A DNA stretch of 64,000 nucleotides from Perkinsela sp. CCAP 1560/9 (taxonomy: Eukaryota; Protista; Euglenozoa: Kinetoplastea), in contig CBFFSA010000001.1 in the NCBI GenBank assembly GCA_965644495.1, positions 3,472,001-3,536,000 on the forward strand. Direction: 5' to 3'. The notes beneath the pieces were generated by a model. The model saw only the letters and a program-made list of their open reading frames with translations, was not told the origin of the DNA and made no database searches. Within the stretch, counting starts at the first letter, position 1; each line of letters begins with the position of its first letter. Both the position numbers and the translations under genes were made by a program. Shown here in pieces: positions 1-10,572 of this stretch.

Positions 1-169
1 AAATTCGAGTTCTGTGAAATAAGGGCTTTTACTCTCGTGTACGTGTTTCCTCTCACCATCATTAGATTCCTCTTAGTTTTAAGGAATGGAGACACTCTTG
101 GGGCAATACTGTTTATTCGATGACATATTTTTCTAACCCACTGTCACAAAACTATTATTTATTGTAACA

Positions 170-1159
170 ATGAGCACAGCGCTAATTCCTTCAAAAAATT
201 CTCTGGTGAGCCGTCAAGTCTCGGATACTGATCACAGAACTGCTTTCTGGAATGCTCATGGACAAGAAATCTCAGCAGTACGTTTCTCTCCCTCTGGGGG
301 TTTGCTTGCTACCTCAGCATTGGAGAGTGACGTTCAGTTGTGGAGAGGGGCAGAGAAATATGAATCCGTGGCGCTGCTAAAAAGGCATCGGTTTCCCGTT
401 CGTGATGTTGCCTGGTGTAGCGACTTGTTTCTATTTTCCGCGTCCTCCGATGGTTTTGTCAATCTCTGGGACATTGAAACGGAGCAATGCATTTGTGGAT
501 CCCAAACCGACTCACGAGCCATTATTAACTCCATCCACGTACTCCCATCAACTACGCTGGTACTGATGGCAAGTGATGATCGAACCGTGCAATGTTCTGA
601 CATTCGAATAAAAAATGGCACCGTACGGGTTTTTGAGAACAATATACCATGCACTACGGTGGTCAGCAGTTCGTGTGGGTCAAATCTTTATGTTGGTGAC
701 ATTGCGGGGAGGATTCATCGTTATGATTTTGCCTCCACAGATCGACTTGACACCACCCAGGCCCACAGTAGCGTCATCACATCACTGTCTTGTCAAAAAG
801 AGCAACTGCTGAGCACTGCCTTGGAGGGGCAGAGTAAGGTGTGGGATATTCGCCCCTACGTGGAGGTGGGAAAAGAATTGCTATGGGAGACTCAGGGGCA
901 AGAGTATCCTGGGGAACAGATTCTTTACCGCAGCGCGTGGCTGGTAACTAAAAAGGATACGATACTAGTTCCCTCCGCGAAGTCACCATATGAGATCATA
1001 TTGTGGAGTATGGAAGGACACAGTGAGGCTCCGCACAGAGAAGTCATGTCAACGGCGCATACAAGCTTGATTACCGTGGTTGAAGCGCACCCAACCGAAA
1101 CTGTTGTTGCATCGGCTACCCTTGGGGGAACTGTGGAGTGTAGGCAACTCCCTGCTTAA
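170..1159 (+). CDS. WD40-repeat protein, U5 snRNP 40K (SNRNP40/Cwf17)-like
   Basis: Several WD repeats (HGQEISAVRFSP, SASSDGFVNLWD, VWDIRPY). Size and the WDIRPY motif resemble SNRNP40. Confidence 0.65.
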   Translation: MSTALIPSKNSLVSRQVSDTDHRTAFWNAHGQEISAVRFSPSGGLLATSALESDVQLWRGAEKYESVALLKRHRFPVRDVAWCSDLFLFSASSDGFVNLWDIETEQCICGSQTDSRAIINSIHVLPSTTLVLMASDDRTVQCSDIRIKNGTVRVFENNIPCTTVVSSSCGSNLYVGDIAGRIHRYDFASTDRLDTTQAHSSVITSLSCQKEQLLSTALEGQSKVWDIRPYVEVGKELLWETQGQEYPGEQILYRSAWLVTKKDTILVPSAKSPYEIILWSMEGHSEAPHREVMSTAHTSLITVVEAHPTETVVASATLGGTVECRQLPA

Positions 1160-1566
1160 TGTTGGCAGTACCGTACGATTCATGCAAAGGCTCAATGAAC
1201 AGATCACCGGACGCCTGATAAAAAGCTTGAGTACTTCTACAACATCTACACATGCATGTATTATTCGCAGATTTCACTTCGAGCTACACAAGCTGCGCAT
1301 TCTATTTTTTATTGAGAATAGAGTGCTGCAGTAGTAGAGTGACCGAATCCTGAAATTTAACTGTATCTTGACCGATACCACCGTCATTGTCTACATTTCA
1401 ACAAAAGGAGGGAGATGCTACACAGGGGTGTTAATAACTGAGGCCCACTAATTAAAGGCCGTTGTCCCGGCGGTTTAAAGGTAATGATTAAAGCAACAAC
1501 TTTTTAGTTCGTTTAGTAGACTCTTTTTATGCCCTACTTACTTTCGTATTATCCAAAGCTACTAGC

Positions 1567-2193
1567 ATGATACTAAACGCAGCTGATATTCGAACTTCAC
1601 GTGCTGGTAAAGTTAGAGGGCATTATTGTCCACCCGAAGTAAGGCTTTCTCAATTCATACGTTTGGTCGAAAATCCGCATCCATCTTGGAAAGCAGAAAA
1701 TCCAATCAGTGAATGGGTCGAGGTGAAATCCACAGATTCAGGATTGGTCATATATTGGGGCGGCTTTGGTCTAAAAGGACAAGTGGAATGGAAACATCTG
1801 CCCGAGTCCGTGAACTCGCTTTACATTGGAAAAGGTATCCGGAAGGGCAAGTTAAGGCCTAATTTACTTAACGGATCAATTGAATTCTCGACACTACCGC
1901 GTGGGGTGGAAGAATTTTCTGTAGAGGGTCACATCAGAGGCGAGTTTTCGGGGACATTAGATTTTACACAGCTTCCCATTGCACTCCGAGGGCTTAACAT
2001 TGAAAAAAACAGATTTTGCGGTAACGTCGATTTTACGATGCTTCCGGTTAATCTTGAGTACGCATGGCTCGCCAATAATTTTTTCTCCGGCCGTGTTGAT
2101 TTTTCGAAGCTTCCCCCAAAATTACTTCTGCTAACTATGAACTCTGGTATTGTATATCATGGTCAGCTGCCAAAATTCGTTGAAATATACTGA
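1567..2193 (+). CDS. Short leucine-rich-repeat protein (family member 1)
   Basis: Repeated LxxNxFxGxLDFxxLP units. The N-terminal D...R...V...P.E..L..F motif is shared with 25209 and 37436. Confidence 0.8.
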   Translation: MILNAADIRTSRAGKVRGHYCPPEVRLSQFIRLVENPHPSWKAENPISEWVEVKSTDSGLVIYWGGFGLKGQVEWKHLPESVNSLYIGKGIRKGKLRPNLLNGSIEFSTLPRGVEEFSVEGHIRGEFSGTLDFTQLPIALRGLNIEKNRFCGNVDFTMLPVNLEYAWLANNFFSGRVDFSKLPPKLLLLTMNSGIVYHGQLPKFVEIY

Positions 2194-2593
2194 GAAATAC
2201 ACAACGTGGTGTGATATTCTTTTTGATACATTTTTATAAACATTTTTATAACTCGGTTATACAACAACAGTCATACTGTTATATTTTTTGGGAAGAAACG
2301 AAATATCGAAAATTAGGTCACAACAAGACCAATCTGTTGGTTTCTTGCTTTTTATTCTTCCTTCCCGGTAAGTGAATAGTGACTCTCTACTGTCTTCTAG
2401 GATCAAAAGAAGAGGTGATCGAAAGAAAGATAACTGAAATAAATAGTCGTGGTGCAAATTGGCGATCGTAAAAGTGTTTATAAGAAAATTCTTTGTTGGA
2501 CAAAAAGAATTTTTAGGTTGTTTTCCTCCCATTATTTTCAAGAATGATTTAGGGTAAAAAAATGCAAAGCTTGCAGTTTTATTTATTGATAAG

Positions 2594-4411
2594 ATGAAGA
2601 GAAAGCTGTTCAAGCCCCTTAAAAGAGGAAATGGTTCAGTCGCTACACCTCGTATTCAAACTATACCTACGGATGCAGTTGAATCCACATCCTTCGATAA
2701 ACCGGATAATGGCATCCAAAAAACTATAAACGGTATACTGAATAAAATTACCGTTTCATCAGCATCAAATCTCATTAACCAAATTCTGGAACTTTATCAG
2801 CATAACGCATCGAACGTTGTGACCACTGCAGTAGCATCAAGTATAGTGAACAGCCTTGTATACAATACCGACGTTCGCTATCATAACTCTACAATTCTTC
2901 CACTGTGTTTAATTGTTAAAGCAATTCAAAATCGTGCTGGAAATTTACAGCTTATTCAGTTGCTCCGTGTTATCATGGAACCTTTGACCTTGTTTGTACG
3001 TGAACTCGCTGTTATTTCTGAACATAGCAGGCCTATTTCAACAGTATGTAGTAACGGAATCAGAAACCTTGTCCTTTTTCTGTCGCTTTTATACAATCTT
3101 AACGTTGTGTCCCAGTTGTTAGTAAGTGATCTGGCATTAATTTTGTCTGGCAGTAGTCTCCTTGTCGATTCCAATACACAGATCATCTCCAATCCTGGGC
3201 AATGCGATACACTCTTGATATTGTTGCAGCATTGCGGGTCACTACTTCGGAGTGAGAACCCTGGTGTCGTGGAAAGAATATTTTCTTCAATTCAAAATTC
3301 TAGTAAAAAGAATTCTACGTCTCAGAACACTGAGAGCTACGGAGCACATGTGAAAGAAGCCCTAGAACAGGATGAACAATCTCTTTCTCGTACACATCAC
3401 GAGATTCTTTTGGGCTTTCTGCAAGAACTACGCTTTTATCGAAAGAGCAAGGCAAAAAGGAGGGAGGCTTCACTTTCTCCTGAGGAACTAAAACAAAGCC
3501 GACAAATCATGCGACAAACGGTAGGAGAAAGCAGTGACCATGTGCTTACATTATCGTGGCAAGATTTATGGAACGAGAACCCGGTGCAGACTTTGATGAC
3601 AACTCAATTTCTTGATGTTTCGGATCAGGATTCGAAAATACGAACGTCTTGTGCAACCGATCACTTGATTTTTTCTTCAGAGCGAAGTTTTCTAGAGGAT
3701 TCAAAGAGTGATTCTACGTGGTCCTGGTTGAGAGGAACTAACGCTAACACTCAGTTGCGAAGGGACTATTGGGGTCTATTTACACGAACTCCTCAACTTT
3801 CATACGACAACATTCTTTGTGCTGCTGTAGCACTTGACCCTAAAAGGAAGCACTGTGAAGACTTAGCGGCTATGATGGTGAAGTATCTGAGCTCGAACCT
3901 TTCTAAAGATCAGTTTACGGAAACTAGTTCTACATTTCGTGTCTTCAACCACATGTGCTCAACTCGACGTAACTTTCGTTTTCACATGCAGAAGTATATT
4001 GAAGCATTCTGCAAAGCTTTAGATCCTGTGAAGGACAATGAACTTCCTTTATCGCTGATACTAAGAATGGCTCGATGTGCTGCCTGCTGCTCGCGTTGCT
4101 CACTAAATAATTCAAAAAGATTGCAACAGCGTATCCCGGAAAATTTTGGTGCACTGCACTCAGATTTGTGGAGCTATTGCATTCTCTTCTTTTCCATGGG
4201 AATGTTGTACTGCTCGAGTGATGAATCATCGGTAGAATGGATTTCCAGCGTGGCTCAACGTAAGTCTGTAAAAGATTTTATTCGCCAATATTTTCGAGAC
4301 GCAGAGTATTACAGCATATTTTATCCGCTATTTCAAGCCGTACCTCACGCGGAGAAGATTTTAATGTCACGTTTTCGTGGTATTCTTTCACCGAGATTGG
4401 AATCATCTTAA
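2594..4411 (+). CDS. MIF4G-domain protein, NOM1/Sgd1-like
   Basis: 605 aa ORF. IQKTINGILNKIT start of a MIF4G domain and LLQHCGSLLRSENP resemble NOM1/Sgd1. Confidence 0.5.
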   Translation: MKRKLFKPLKRGNGSVATPRIQTIPTDAVESTSFDKPDNGIQKTINGILNKITVSSASNLINQILELYQHNASNVVTTAVASSIVNSLVYNTDVRYHNSTILPLCLIVKAIQNRAGNLQLIQLLRVIMEPLTLFVRELAVISEHSRPISTVCSNGIRNLVLFLSLLYNLNVVSQLLVSDLALILSGSSLLVDSNTQIISNPGQCDTLLILLQHCGSLLRSENPGVVERIFSSIQNSSKKNSTSQNTESYGAHVKEALEQDEQSLSRTHHEILLGFLQELRFYRKSKAKRREASLSPEELKQSRQIMRQTVGESSDHVLTLSWQDLWNENPVQTLMTTQFLDVSDQDSKIRTSCATDHLIFSSERSFLEDSKSDSTWSWLRGTNANTQLRRDYWGLFTRTPQLSYDNILCAAVALDPKRKHCEDLAAMMVKYLSSNLSKDQFTETSSTFRVFNHMCSTRRNFRFHMQKYIEAFCKALDPVKDNELPLSLILRMARCAACCSRCSLNNSKRLQQRIPENFGALHSDLWSYCILFFSMGMLYCSSDESSVEWISSVAQRKSVKDFIRQYFRDAEYYSIFYPLFQAVPHAEKILMSRFRGILSPRLESS

Positions 4412-4654
4412 ATCGTATCCGGGCTTCTACGTCATTATAGCTTACTACTACCCCGCTTAGGACATGTTACAGTTGTAATGAAACTGGGATAATTTAGAGG
4501 GCTGAAACCACCTTGGTTTGCCTGGGTTTGCCTGGGTTTGCTAATTTTCAATATTGTATTAGGTAACTCAGTTTCTTCCTTGGCGAAAAGCACAGTATAT
4601 TATTTAATGCTCTTTTCGCACAATAACCTATTTTTCTTGGATTCACCCAAAAAA

Positions 4655-4825
4655 AATATTATTCATGATCTTTTGGCGGTTTTTCTTTTTTAGGCTCTTC
4701 GTTAAACGCGGTGGTTGTTTTCAACTTAGAAGTCACTCATGCTGCGCACTTCGCGTTGAAAACTACCTTCGCGTTTAACGAAGAGCCTAAAAAAGAAAAA
4801 TCGCCAAAAGATCATGAATAATATT
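4655..4825. repeat. Fold-back palindrome (MITE-like), about 171 bp
   Basis: Arm AATATTATTCATGATCTTTTGGCGGTTTTTCTTTTTTAGGCTCTTCGTTAAACGCG is near-perfectly complementary to the right arm. Imperfect inner stem and short loop. Confidence 0.85.
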
Positions 4826-5011
4826 GCTGTGACCTTTTACAGCGGAAAAAAATCTAACCCCCCCTCCTTATACTTCGTTACTGCTCAAAATGGGCGAAGT
4901 ATAAATGGGAGGTTGCAGTAATATTAAACGGGGGTACGACTTAATGTACCGGGTATCCTTTTATATACCGGGGAGGTGTATATATAATCGCTACCCAATA
5001 TACCCCCCCTG

Positions 5012-5100
5012 GGCAATGTGGAAAACAAGGGGGTGGGGTTATGAACGCTCAAAACAAATAGAGCGTTTATACCCCCCACCCCCTTGTTTTTCACGGTGCC
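5012..5100. repeat. Imperfect inverted repeat / hairpin
   Basis: GGCAATGTGGAAAACAAGGGGGTGGGGTTATGAACGCTC pairs with GAGCGTTTATACCCCCCACCCCCTTGTTTTTCACGGTGCC. Confidence 0.7.
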
Positions 5101-5853
5101 ATCATGTATTTCCCCTTTTAACCTCCTTGGTTACCGCAAAAAAACATTGGGGCTAATATGCCCCTACCCCCCGGCATTATGCCCCCATTACGGTGAGCGA
5201 ATGTACCCCCCCTTAATAAATATACATAGGGTACATTAGGAACATATAGGGTACTATAGGGAACATATAGGGTACATATAGGGTGCTATTTATATAGGGT
5301 ACACTACCCCCCCTATACATTAAGAGGGGGTGCTTTTTGGGTGAGAAAGGACCTTTTTTGTTCATGAGTACGTTGACTTTCAGCACATCCAACCCCGAAA
5401 CCACGCCATTCGCTCCCTCGCAACCGCCCTCACCTCGCCCAGCCACCCCCACCCTCCCAAACACCCCCTCCCTCCTCCGACGACCCTCCCGAGCCAATTC
5501 TTTGTTACTGGGGGTCAGCCAAAAAAGGGTCAAATCCTTGTTACTGGGGGGGTCTAGTACTATGGGGGTCTAAGGTAGTCTCCGCACTCTCTCCCTACAC
5601 ACTTCCTGTACCCCCTGTACCCCCCACCTGGACCCGAGTTGCACCCCCTGGAACCCCCACCCGGATCCTCCAGCGAACTCCATAGCCGAAAAAACTCCAA
5701 GTATCATTGCCATTGGTTTCTCTTGGGACCTGACTGGGTTTGCATTTTACTGGTTTCAGCCCTCTTACACTGGTACCAGAGGATGTCAATCAGAACACGT
5801 GGAAATGTTCTCTCGATGCGAGCCATAAATATTATAGCGATGTGAGTTGTATT

Positions 5854-5932
5854 GGCACTATGGGCAAAGGCACTATGGGCAAAGGCACTACGGGCAAAGG
5901 CACTATGGGCAAAGGCACTATGGGCAAAGGCA
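5854..5932 (+). repeat. 15-bp tandem repeat (GGCACTATGGGCAAA) x5.3
   Basis: Directly visible, with one variant unit (GGCACTACGGGCAAA) and no spacers. Confidence 0.95.
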
Positions 5933-6079
5933 TTCAAAATGCGGTCAAAAGGGCATATTTTTGTACCAATTTTTGTTTTCAATGAAATTTCTACCCGATG
6001 AGTCGAAAGAAATTCTTAAACTTACAGAAACATTTTATCTTTCCTCATTAATAATGTACAGAAATATTACAAATGCTTG

Positions 6080-7332
6080 GGTTAAATTAAAGCAAAATTC
6101 GCCTTTTCTTAAAAAAAAGTTTTTTTTTGCGGTTTTCAAAAATTTTGTGCAATGAAATCAACACTTTCCGATTCTAGTTTTCTACTTAAATACTTGGACA
6201 AGACTTATAAATGAATATAATGACAATGATCTTGTAGATTCTGTAGGATGCGCAGCATTACATCGCCGCCATTGTACCGTAGGCTGCCGTTGCATTTTTC
6301 AGCATTGGCTTGCACACGATCTGCCCGTTTATCCTTTTTCCTTCCTAATAGGTTTCCTTCTCGATTAAGTCTCTTCTTCGCCACCGAATTCGCGCACTCC
6401 ACAGTGTTCGTGTGGACACCCTCTTCTGTTATCCATTCTCGGCGGTGGTTCACGCTATTCCACTTATAGCGTCCACCAAGGCGGATATTGTGACGCGACC
6501 CGTCGGTCCATGTTCGTGTCCTCCCCCCGCTCGCCAGATCTTCAATTCGAGGAAGTAACGTGCTCGCCTTACGATCAGGTACAACTTCCATGAACATTTC
6601 AGATAATTTGCTCGCTCGAGTAGTCACAGCAATTGTCTGTGCAACTTCTGTACCATCATCTCGCACCCGTCTTGCACCATGAGAACCTCGGTGACGTTTC
6701 CGTACAGAAAAATATGTCTCATCGCATTGCATTGAACCAACGCTGCCGCGATTCCTGATACGTCGGCGAACATGAGCTGTGGCCATCATGCCATCCATCC
6801 ATTGCCTTAGAGACACAATGGTCTGCTGACTAAGTTCTGTCTCCGCTGCCGAATCCGCATGTCGTCCACCACGAGCGTACAAAATTATGTACTTTAATGT
6901 TTGCTTTGCACTTCTTTGTGCCCTTCCAGGTACGAGAGGTCCTAAGGTGGCGTACATTCCTTTGCATTTTTTAGTACACCTCCATTTCCCGTCAGTTCTA
7001 TAGTAGAGTCATAGTATAGGGCGCCTTGTGTAGTCTTTTATAACATACAACCTTCTGAGCCACCAACTTATGGGTTCTTAACCACTCCCTGCATTTCGAT
7101 TCGCTCCACACAGAAACTTTGCTCAAAGTGAGATTTCCTCGGCAAGCGAAGCCGTTGCATCCTTTACAGGGCATGTGTTGGAGTTGAGGAGTCTGAATCT
7201 AAAAAATGAATCTGAAAAATAAAGGAAAAAGTGGAAATACGTGATACGATACAAAAAAAGATATAATTATTTTTAGTGGGGACGACTTTCCTTTTTTTTT
7301 TCAAAAAAGGCGAATTTTGCTTTAATTTCACC
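6080..7332 (-). mobile_element. Merlin (IS1016/IS1595-related) DNA transposon, inner copy
   Basis: TIRs GGT(T/G)AAATTAAAGCAAAATTCGCCTTTT. 8-bp TSD AATGCTTG at 6072-6079 and 7333-7340. Encodes a DDE transposase. Confidence 0.92.
6205..7174 (-). pseudogene. Merlin/IS1595-family DDE transposase with one frameshift near 7000
   Basis: Motifs QCDETYF, TWTDG, SVNH, HTNTVE. A Cys-rich N-terminus (MPCKGCNGFAC...EWLRTHKL...) lies in another frame from ATG 7174 and joins WRCTKKCKG. Net +1 shift. Confidence 0.85.
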
Positions 7333-8005
7333 AATGCTTGCATTGCGGAATTGCAATCACCTTTCACCTTCGCATGGCGCTGAAAAGTTTTCGGAAATTC
7401 TAGGAAGGAATGTTCATCCGGTAAGCAAATCGTAGGATTTTACTCACTCAAATATATCACACCCTTCGCAGTAGAAGCTCATATTGTTGCGCGAAATAGA
7501 ATTTTAAAGGTGATGCTAACTTTCTTTTAAAAACGGTTCCTTTGTAATGAAGGATTCGAATAAATTATTTAAATTTATTCAAATATTGCAAAAATCGATT
7601 TCGGTCAATCCGAAGAGTTGGTACAAAAATATGCCCTTTTCACCCAAAATGCAATGTTGCAGATGCAACACTTTTCTGGAAAACGTGTGGCAGGAACTGC
7701 TGCCGAATGAACCTTCTGCCTAGAACGTGTGGAATGCGTAGTTCGATTCTTTCATTGCTATGGAACTACAAACTCCTTTTTTTCTGTAGATGAGAATATG
7801 TGAGAAGTGGAATGAAAGTTTAAAAACTTTTAAGGCATGTAATTCTGTATATTACATAACATATAGATTTTTTGGTTTCCCATGAGCAGAAACATATAGG
7901 CTCATGCAAAGCGAATTAATTTCAAAGGATTGAGATTGGTGTTATTCAGGCCACTCTTTTTGGTGTTTTATCAAGCCTTTTGTTTTTAGAGCTTAGTTCT
8001 GACCT

Positions 8006-8812
8006 ATGGTTTCCAAAACAAAGTCTTCTCAACCGACGAAGTCAAGCAAAAAGACCGCCGCCAGCTCATCAAAGGGAAGCTCCAAGGTCGCCGCCACGAA
8101 GGCAAAGAACCCACTTTTCGTGGACCGCCCCAAAACTTTTGGACTTGGGGGAAATGTTCTTCCTCCACGAGATGTCACCCGGCAAGTTCGATGGCCACTG
8201 TATGTCGTGCGTCAGCGTCGCCGTCGGGTCCTGGAGCGTCGCATGAAGGTCCCCCCCGCCGTACACCAGTTCCGTAACGCACTCGACAAGAGCACTAAGA
8301 AAGAGCTTCTCGGGTTCCTCCAAGGCTATGCCCCTGAGGTCGCCAAGAAGGCACTAGCGGTGAAACAGGCCGCCAAGGCAAAGAGCTCCCGGGTGCCGGC
8401 GAAACCCGCCCAGCTGTCCTATGGAATCCAGGAGGTCACACGCACGGTGGAGTCCAAGCGCGCTCGTCTGGTTGTGATTGCCCACGACGTGGATCCGCTT
8501 GAATTAGTGCTGTGGCTCCCTCAGCTGTGTGTTGCGCAGGGTGTGCCCTACTGTATTGTAAAGTCGAAATCTGAACTGGGAAAACTAGTTGGGCACAAGA
8601 CGTGCACTGCTATCGCGTTGACAGAGGTGCGCTCCCAGGACCAGGCGATGCTGGAAAAGCTCTTGACTACTATTAACGCGAAATTCACCGAGCGTTTTGA
8701 GGAAATACGACGTGCCTGGGGTGGTAACCAACAGAGCACGCAGGCCCAGATTCGTGCGAAAAAGCGGGAGAAGGCACTTGCTGGGTTAAAGGCCTCCGAC
8801 GTTGCAAAGTGA
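8006..8812 (+). CDS. RPL7A: 60S ribosomal protein L7a (eL8)
   Basis: NPLF.RPKTFGLG, VRWPLYV, LVVIAHDVDPLELVLWLP, PYCIVKSKSELG motifs. Confidence 0.97.
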   Translation: MVSKTKSSQPTKSSKKTAASSSKGSSKVAATKAKNPLFVDRPKTFGLGGNVLPPRDVTRQVRWPLYVVRQRRRRVLERRMKVPPAVHQFRNALDKSTKKELLGFLQGYAPEVAKKALAVKQAAKAKSSRVPAKPAQLSYGIQEVTRTVESKRARLVVIAHDVDPLELVLWLPQLCVAQGVPYCIVKSKSELGKLVGHKTCTAIALTEVRSQDQAMLEKLLTTINAKFTERFEEIRRAWGGNQQSTQAQIRAKKREKALAGLKASDVAK

Positions 8813-9090
8813 TGAAGAAAAAATATCTCTAGAAGATTGAAACATAGGACGGTAAAGCTGCAGAAGTCGTTGCAAAACAAAATACAAGTGTTTTGTTTTG
8901 CCCCTTAAGAATTTTGTAGAATATTAAGAAACAAACTTTTGGTATAAATTATAACTTTTTCATTTTATAAATGCAACACTCTTATCCATTATCACTCTAA
9001 CACAACTTTTTCTTGTCTTGATCAACTACACACAATCTGTTACTCTGATCCCTCTCTCCTTGCTTATCTTCCTTTTTCTCTCTTCTATCC

Positions 9091-10572
9091 ATGAGCCACA
9101 CCCCTTCCCCCCAACACTCCCCCAGTACCCAACCCACCACCTCTCCCACTCTCTCCCCCACCCTCCTTCACCCCCCACCCCGCACCCCCACCGCCCCAGT
9201 CCCCGGCTTTCCCCATCCCCCTTCCTTCTTTCACCACCACCACCCCACCCTCCCCGAACTCCCCGGCCACCCTCCACCCCCTCCTCGTGATCCCCCACCC
9301 CCTCCACGTCCCCCCACCCTCGGCGGCACCGACCCGATGAAATACAAAACCGCAATGTGCCGCAACTGGGAGACCACCGGACAGTGCCACTTCCGCGGGT
9401 GTACCTTCGCCCATGGCCGCGCGGAGCTCCGACCCCTACCCCCACGTCCCGGCGTAGTCGACACAACGCCCCACAGCCTCCCCACCGATAGCCCGTTAAC
9501 CCACCTCCCTACTCCCCCCTCCCACTCTACCCCATTTGTGGAGTGTGGGCCCTTTCCCCCCTCTACCGTACATCTCATCGACACACTCCCTACCACCCGG
9601 ACCCACTCCCCCACAACTGTACCCAGTACCGGGAGTAGTCCCAGTCACAGTAGCAGTAACAGCAACCGTACCGTAGTCCACAGTAGTGCCGCCACAGCTC
9701 CAGCAACAGCCACAACAACAACAACCGGCCTGGGATCGACCACCCTATGGGGAAGGCCTACCGTACCCGCGGGCTCGACGCCTGCTGTAGTCGGGGTCCT
9801 CGGGGTCCCACGTAGTGGACCTCACGTCGTGCCGTTACAACCGACGAACTACCCCCACACACAAACAACAAACGAACGGGGGCGTACTACGGCGACGACA
9901 CCTCGAGGAGTAGCGGGAGCCATGGGGTATGGGGTAGGGGGAACGACAGGGGGAGTGGTGTCCCGGTCCCCGACCCCTACGCCTACGTTGGTGGCCCCGG
10001 TTTATTCGTCGGGGGGAGCGGGAGGAGGGGTTGCTCCAGGGGGTAGTGGTGTGCCTCGGAGTCGAGGAGGGGGGATGACCGCAACAGAGGAGTTGCTGCG
10101 GGAACTTGCGAACGCGATCCACCGGGATCATGAGACCTTGCGTGGGGTGCAGGACACCGCACGTGGTTTGGAGAAGGTGTTGCAGGCGGAGAGGGTGGAG
10201 AGGGCGGCGCAGCGAGTGGAGGCGGAGAGGAGTGCGATGGAGCTCGCACGGGTGAAACAAAGGGTGGTGGAGTTGGAGCAGAGGTTGGTGGGGGTGACGG
10301 AGGGGGAGGAGGCAGACGGGTCGGGGGTGAAGTTGCCGGGTACGGAACGGCACAGCCCTGTGGAGGGGCGCTCGGGTACTCCGACGAGTCGGGATACGAT
10401 GCGACCTGGGGATAAGTCCACTCCGCTGTTTTCCGAGACTATGAGCATGCAGGAGCGGGCACTCACGCCGCGTGAAATATCTCCGTCAGATGAAACGGCG
10501 GCAGAGTGTGCGTCCAGCGAGGATCAAAAACTCCGGGAATTGCTAAGCGTCCTGCAGGTAGGCTCCTTGTAG
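9091..10572 (+). CDS. CCCH zinc-finger RNA-binding protein (TIS11-like finger) with C-terminal coiled coil
   Basis: KYKTAMCRNWETTGQCHFRGCTFAHGRAELR (C-x8-C-x4-C-x3-H). Low-complexity flanks. Start codon uncertain. Confidence 0.85.
   Translation: MSHTPSPQHSPSTQPTTSPTLSPTLLHPPPRTPTAPVPGFPHPPSFFHHHHPTLPELPGHPPPPPRDPPPPPRPPTLGGTDPMKYKTAMCRNWETTGQCHFRGCTFAHGRAELRPLPPRPGVVDTTPHSLPTDSPLTHLPTPPSHSTPFVECGPFPPSTVHLIDTLPTTRTHSPTTVPSTGSSPSHSSSNSNRTVVHSSAATAPATATTTTTGLGSTTLWGRPTVPAGSTPAVVGVLGVPRSGPHVVPLQPTNYPHTQTTNERGRTTATTPRGVAGAMGYGVGGTTGGVVSRSPTPTPTLVAPVYSSGGAGGGVAPGGSGVPRSRGGGMTATEELLRELANAIHRDHETLRGVQDTARGLEKVLQAERVERAAQRVEAERSAMELARVKQRVVELEQRLVGVTEGEEADGSGVKLPGTERHSPVEGRSGTPTSRDTMRPGDKSTPLFSETMSMQERALTPREISPSDETAAECASSEDQKLRELLSVLQVGSL

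Larger units (their letters stand above)
5943..7644. mobile_element. Outer non-autonomous Merlin-type element (about 441 bp of its own sequence) hosting an inner Merlin
   Basis: 27-bp TIRs GGT(C/G)AAAAGGGCATATTTTTGTACCAA at 5943-5969 and 7618-7644 (1 mismatch). 8-bp TSD CAAAATGC at 5935-5942 and 7645-7652. Confidence 0.9.

Noticed and set aside
5854-5932. CRISPR-like array, and the repeat ORFs (HYGQR / TMGKG / AHSAF)
   Set aside because: Head-to-tail 15-mers with no spacers and no cas genes. The ORFs are by-products of a stop-free repeat.
9018-10466. Many overlapping alternative-frame ORFs in GC-rich islands (also 30232-31325, 45539-45856, 56573-57436)
   Set aside because: Expected from stop-codon scarcity in GC-skewed sequence. 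Only one frame per locus has conserved motifs.
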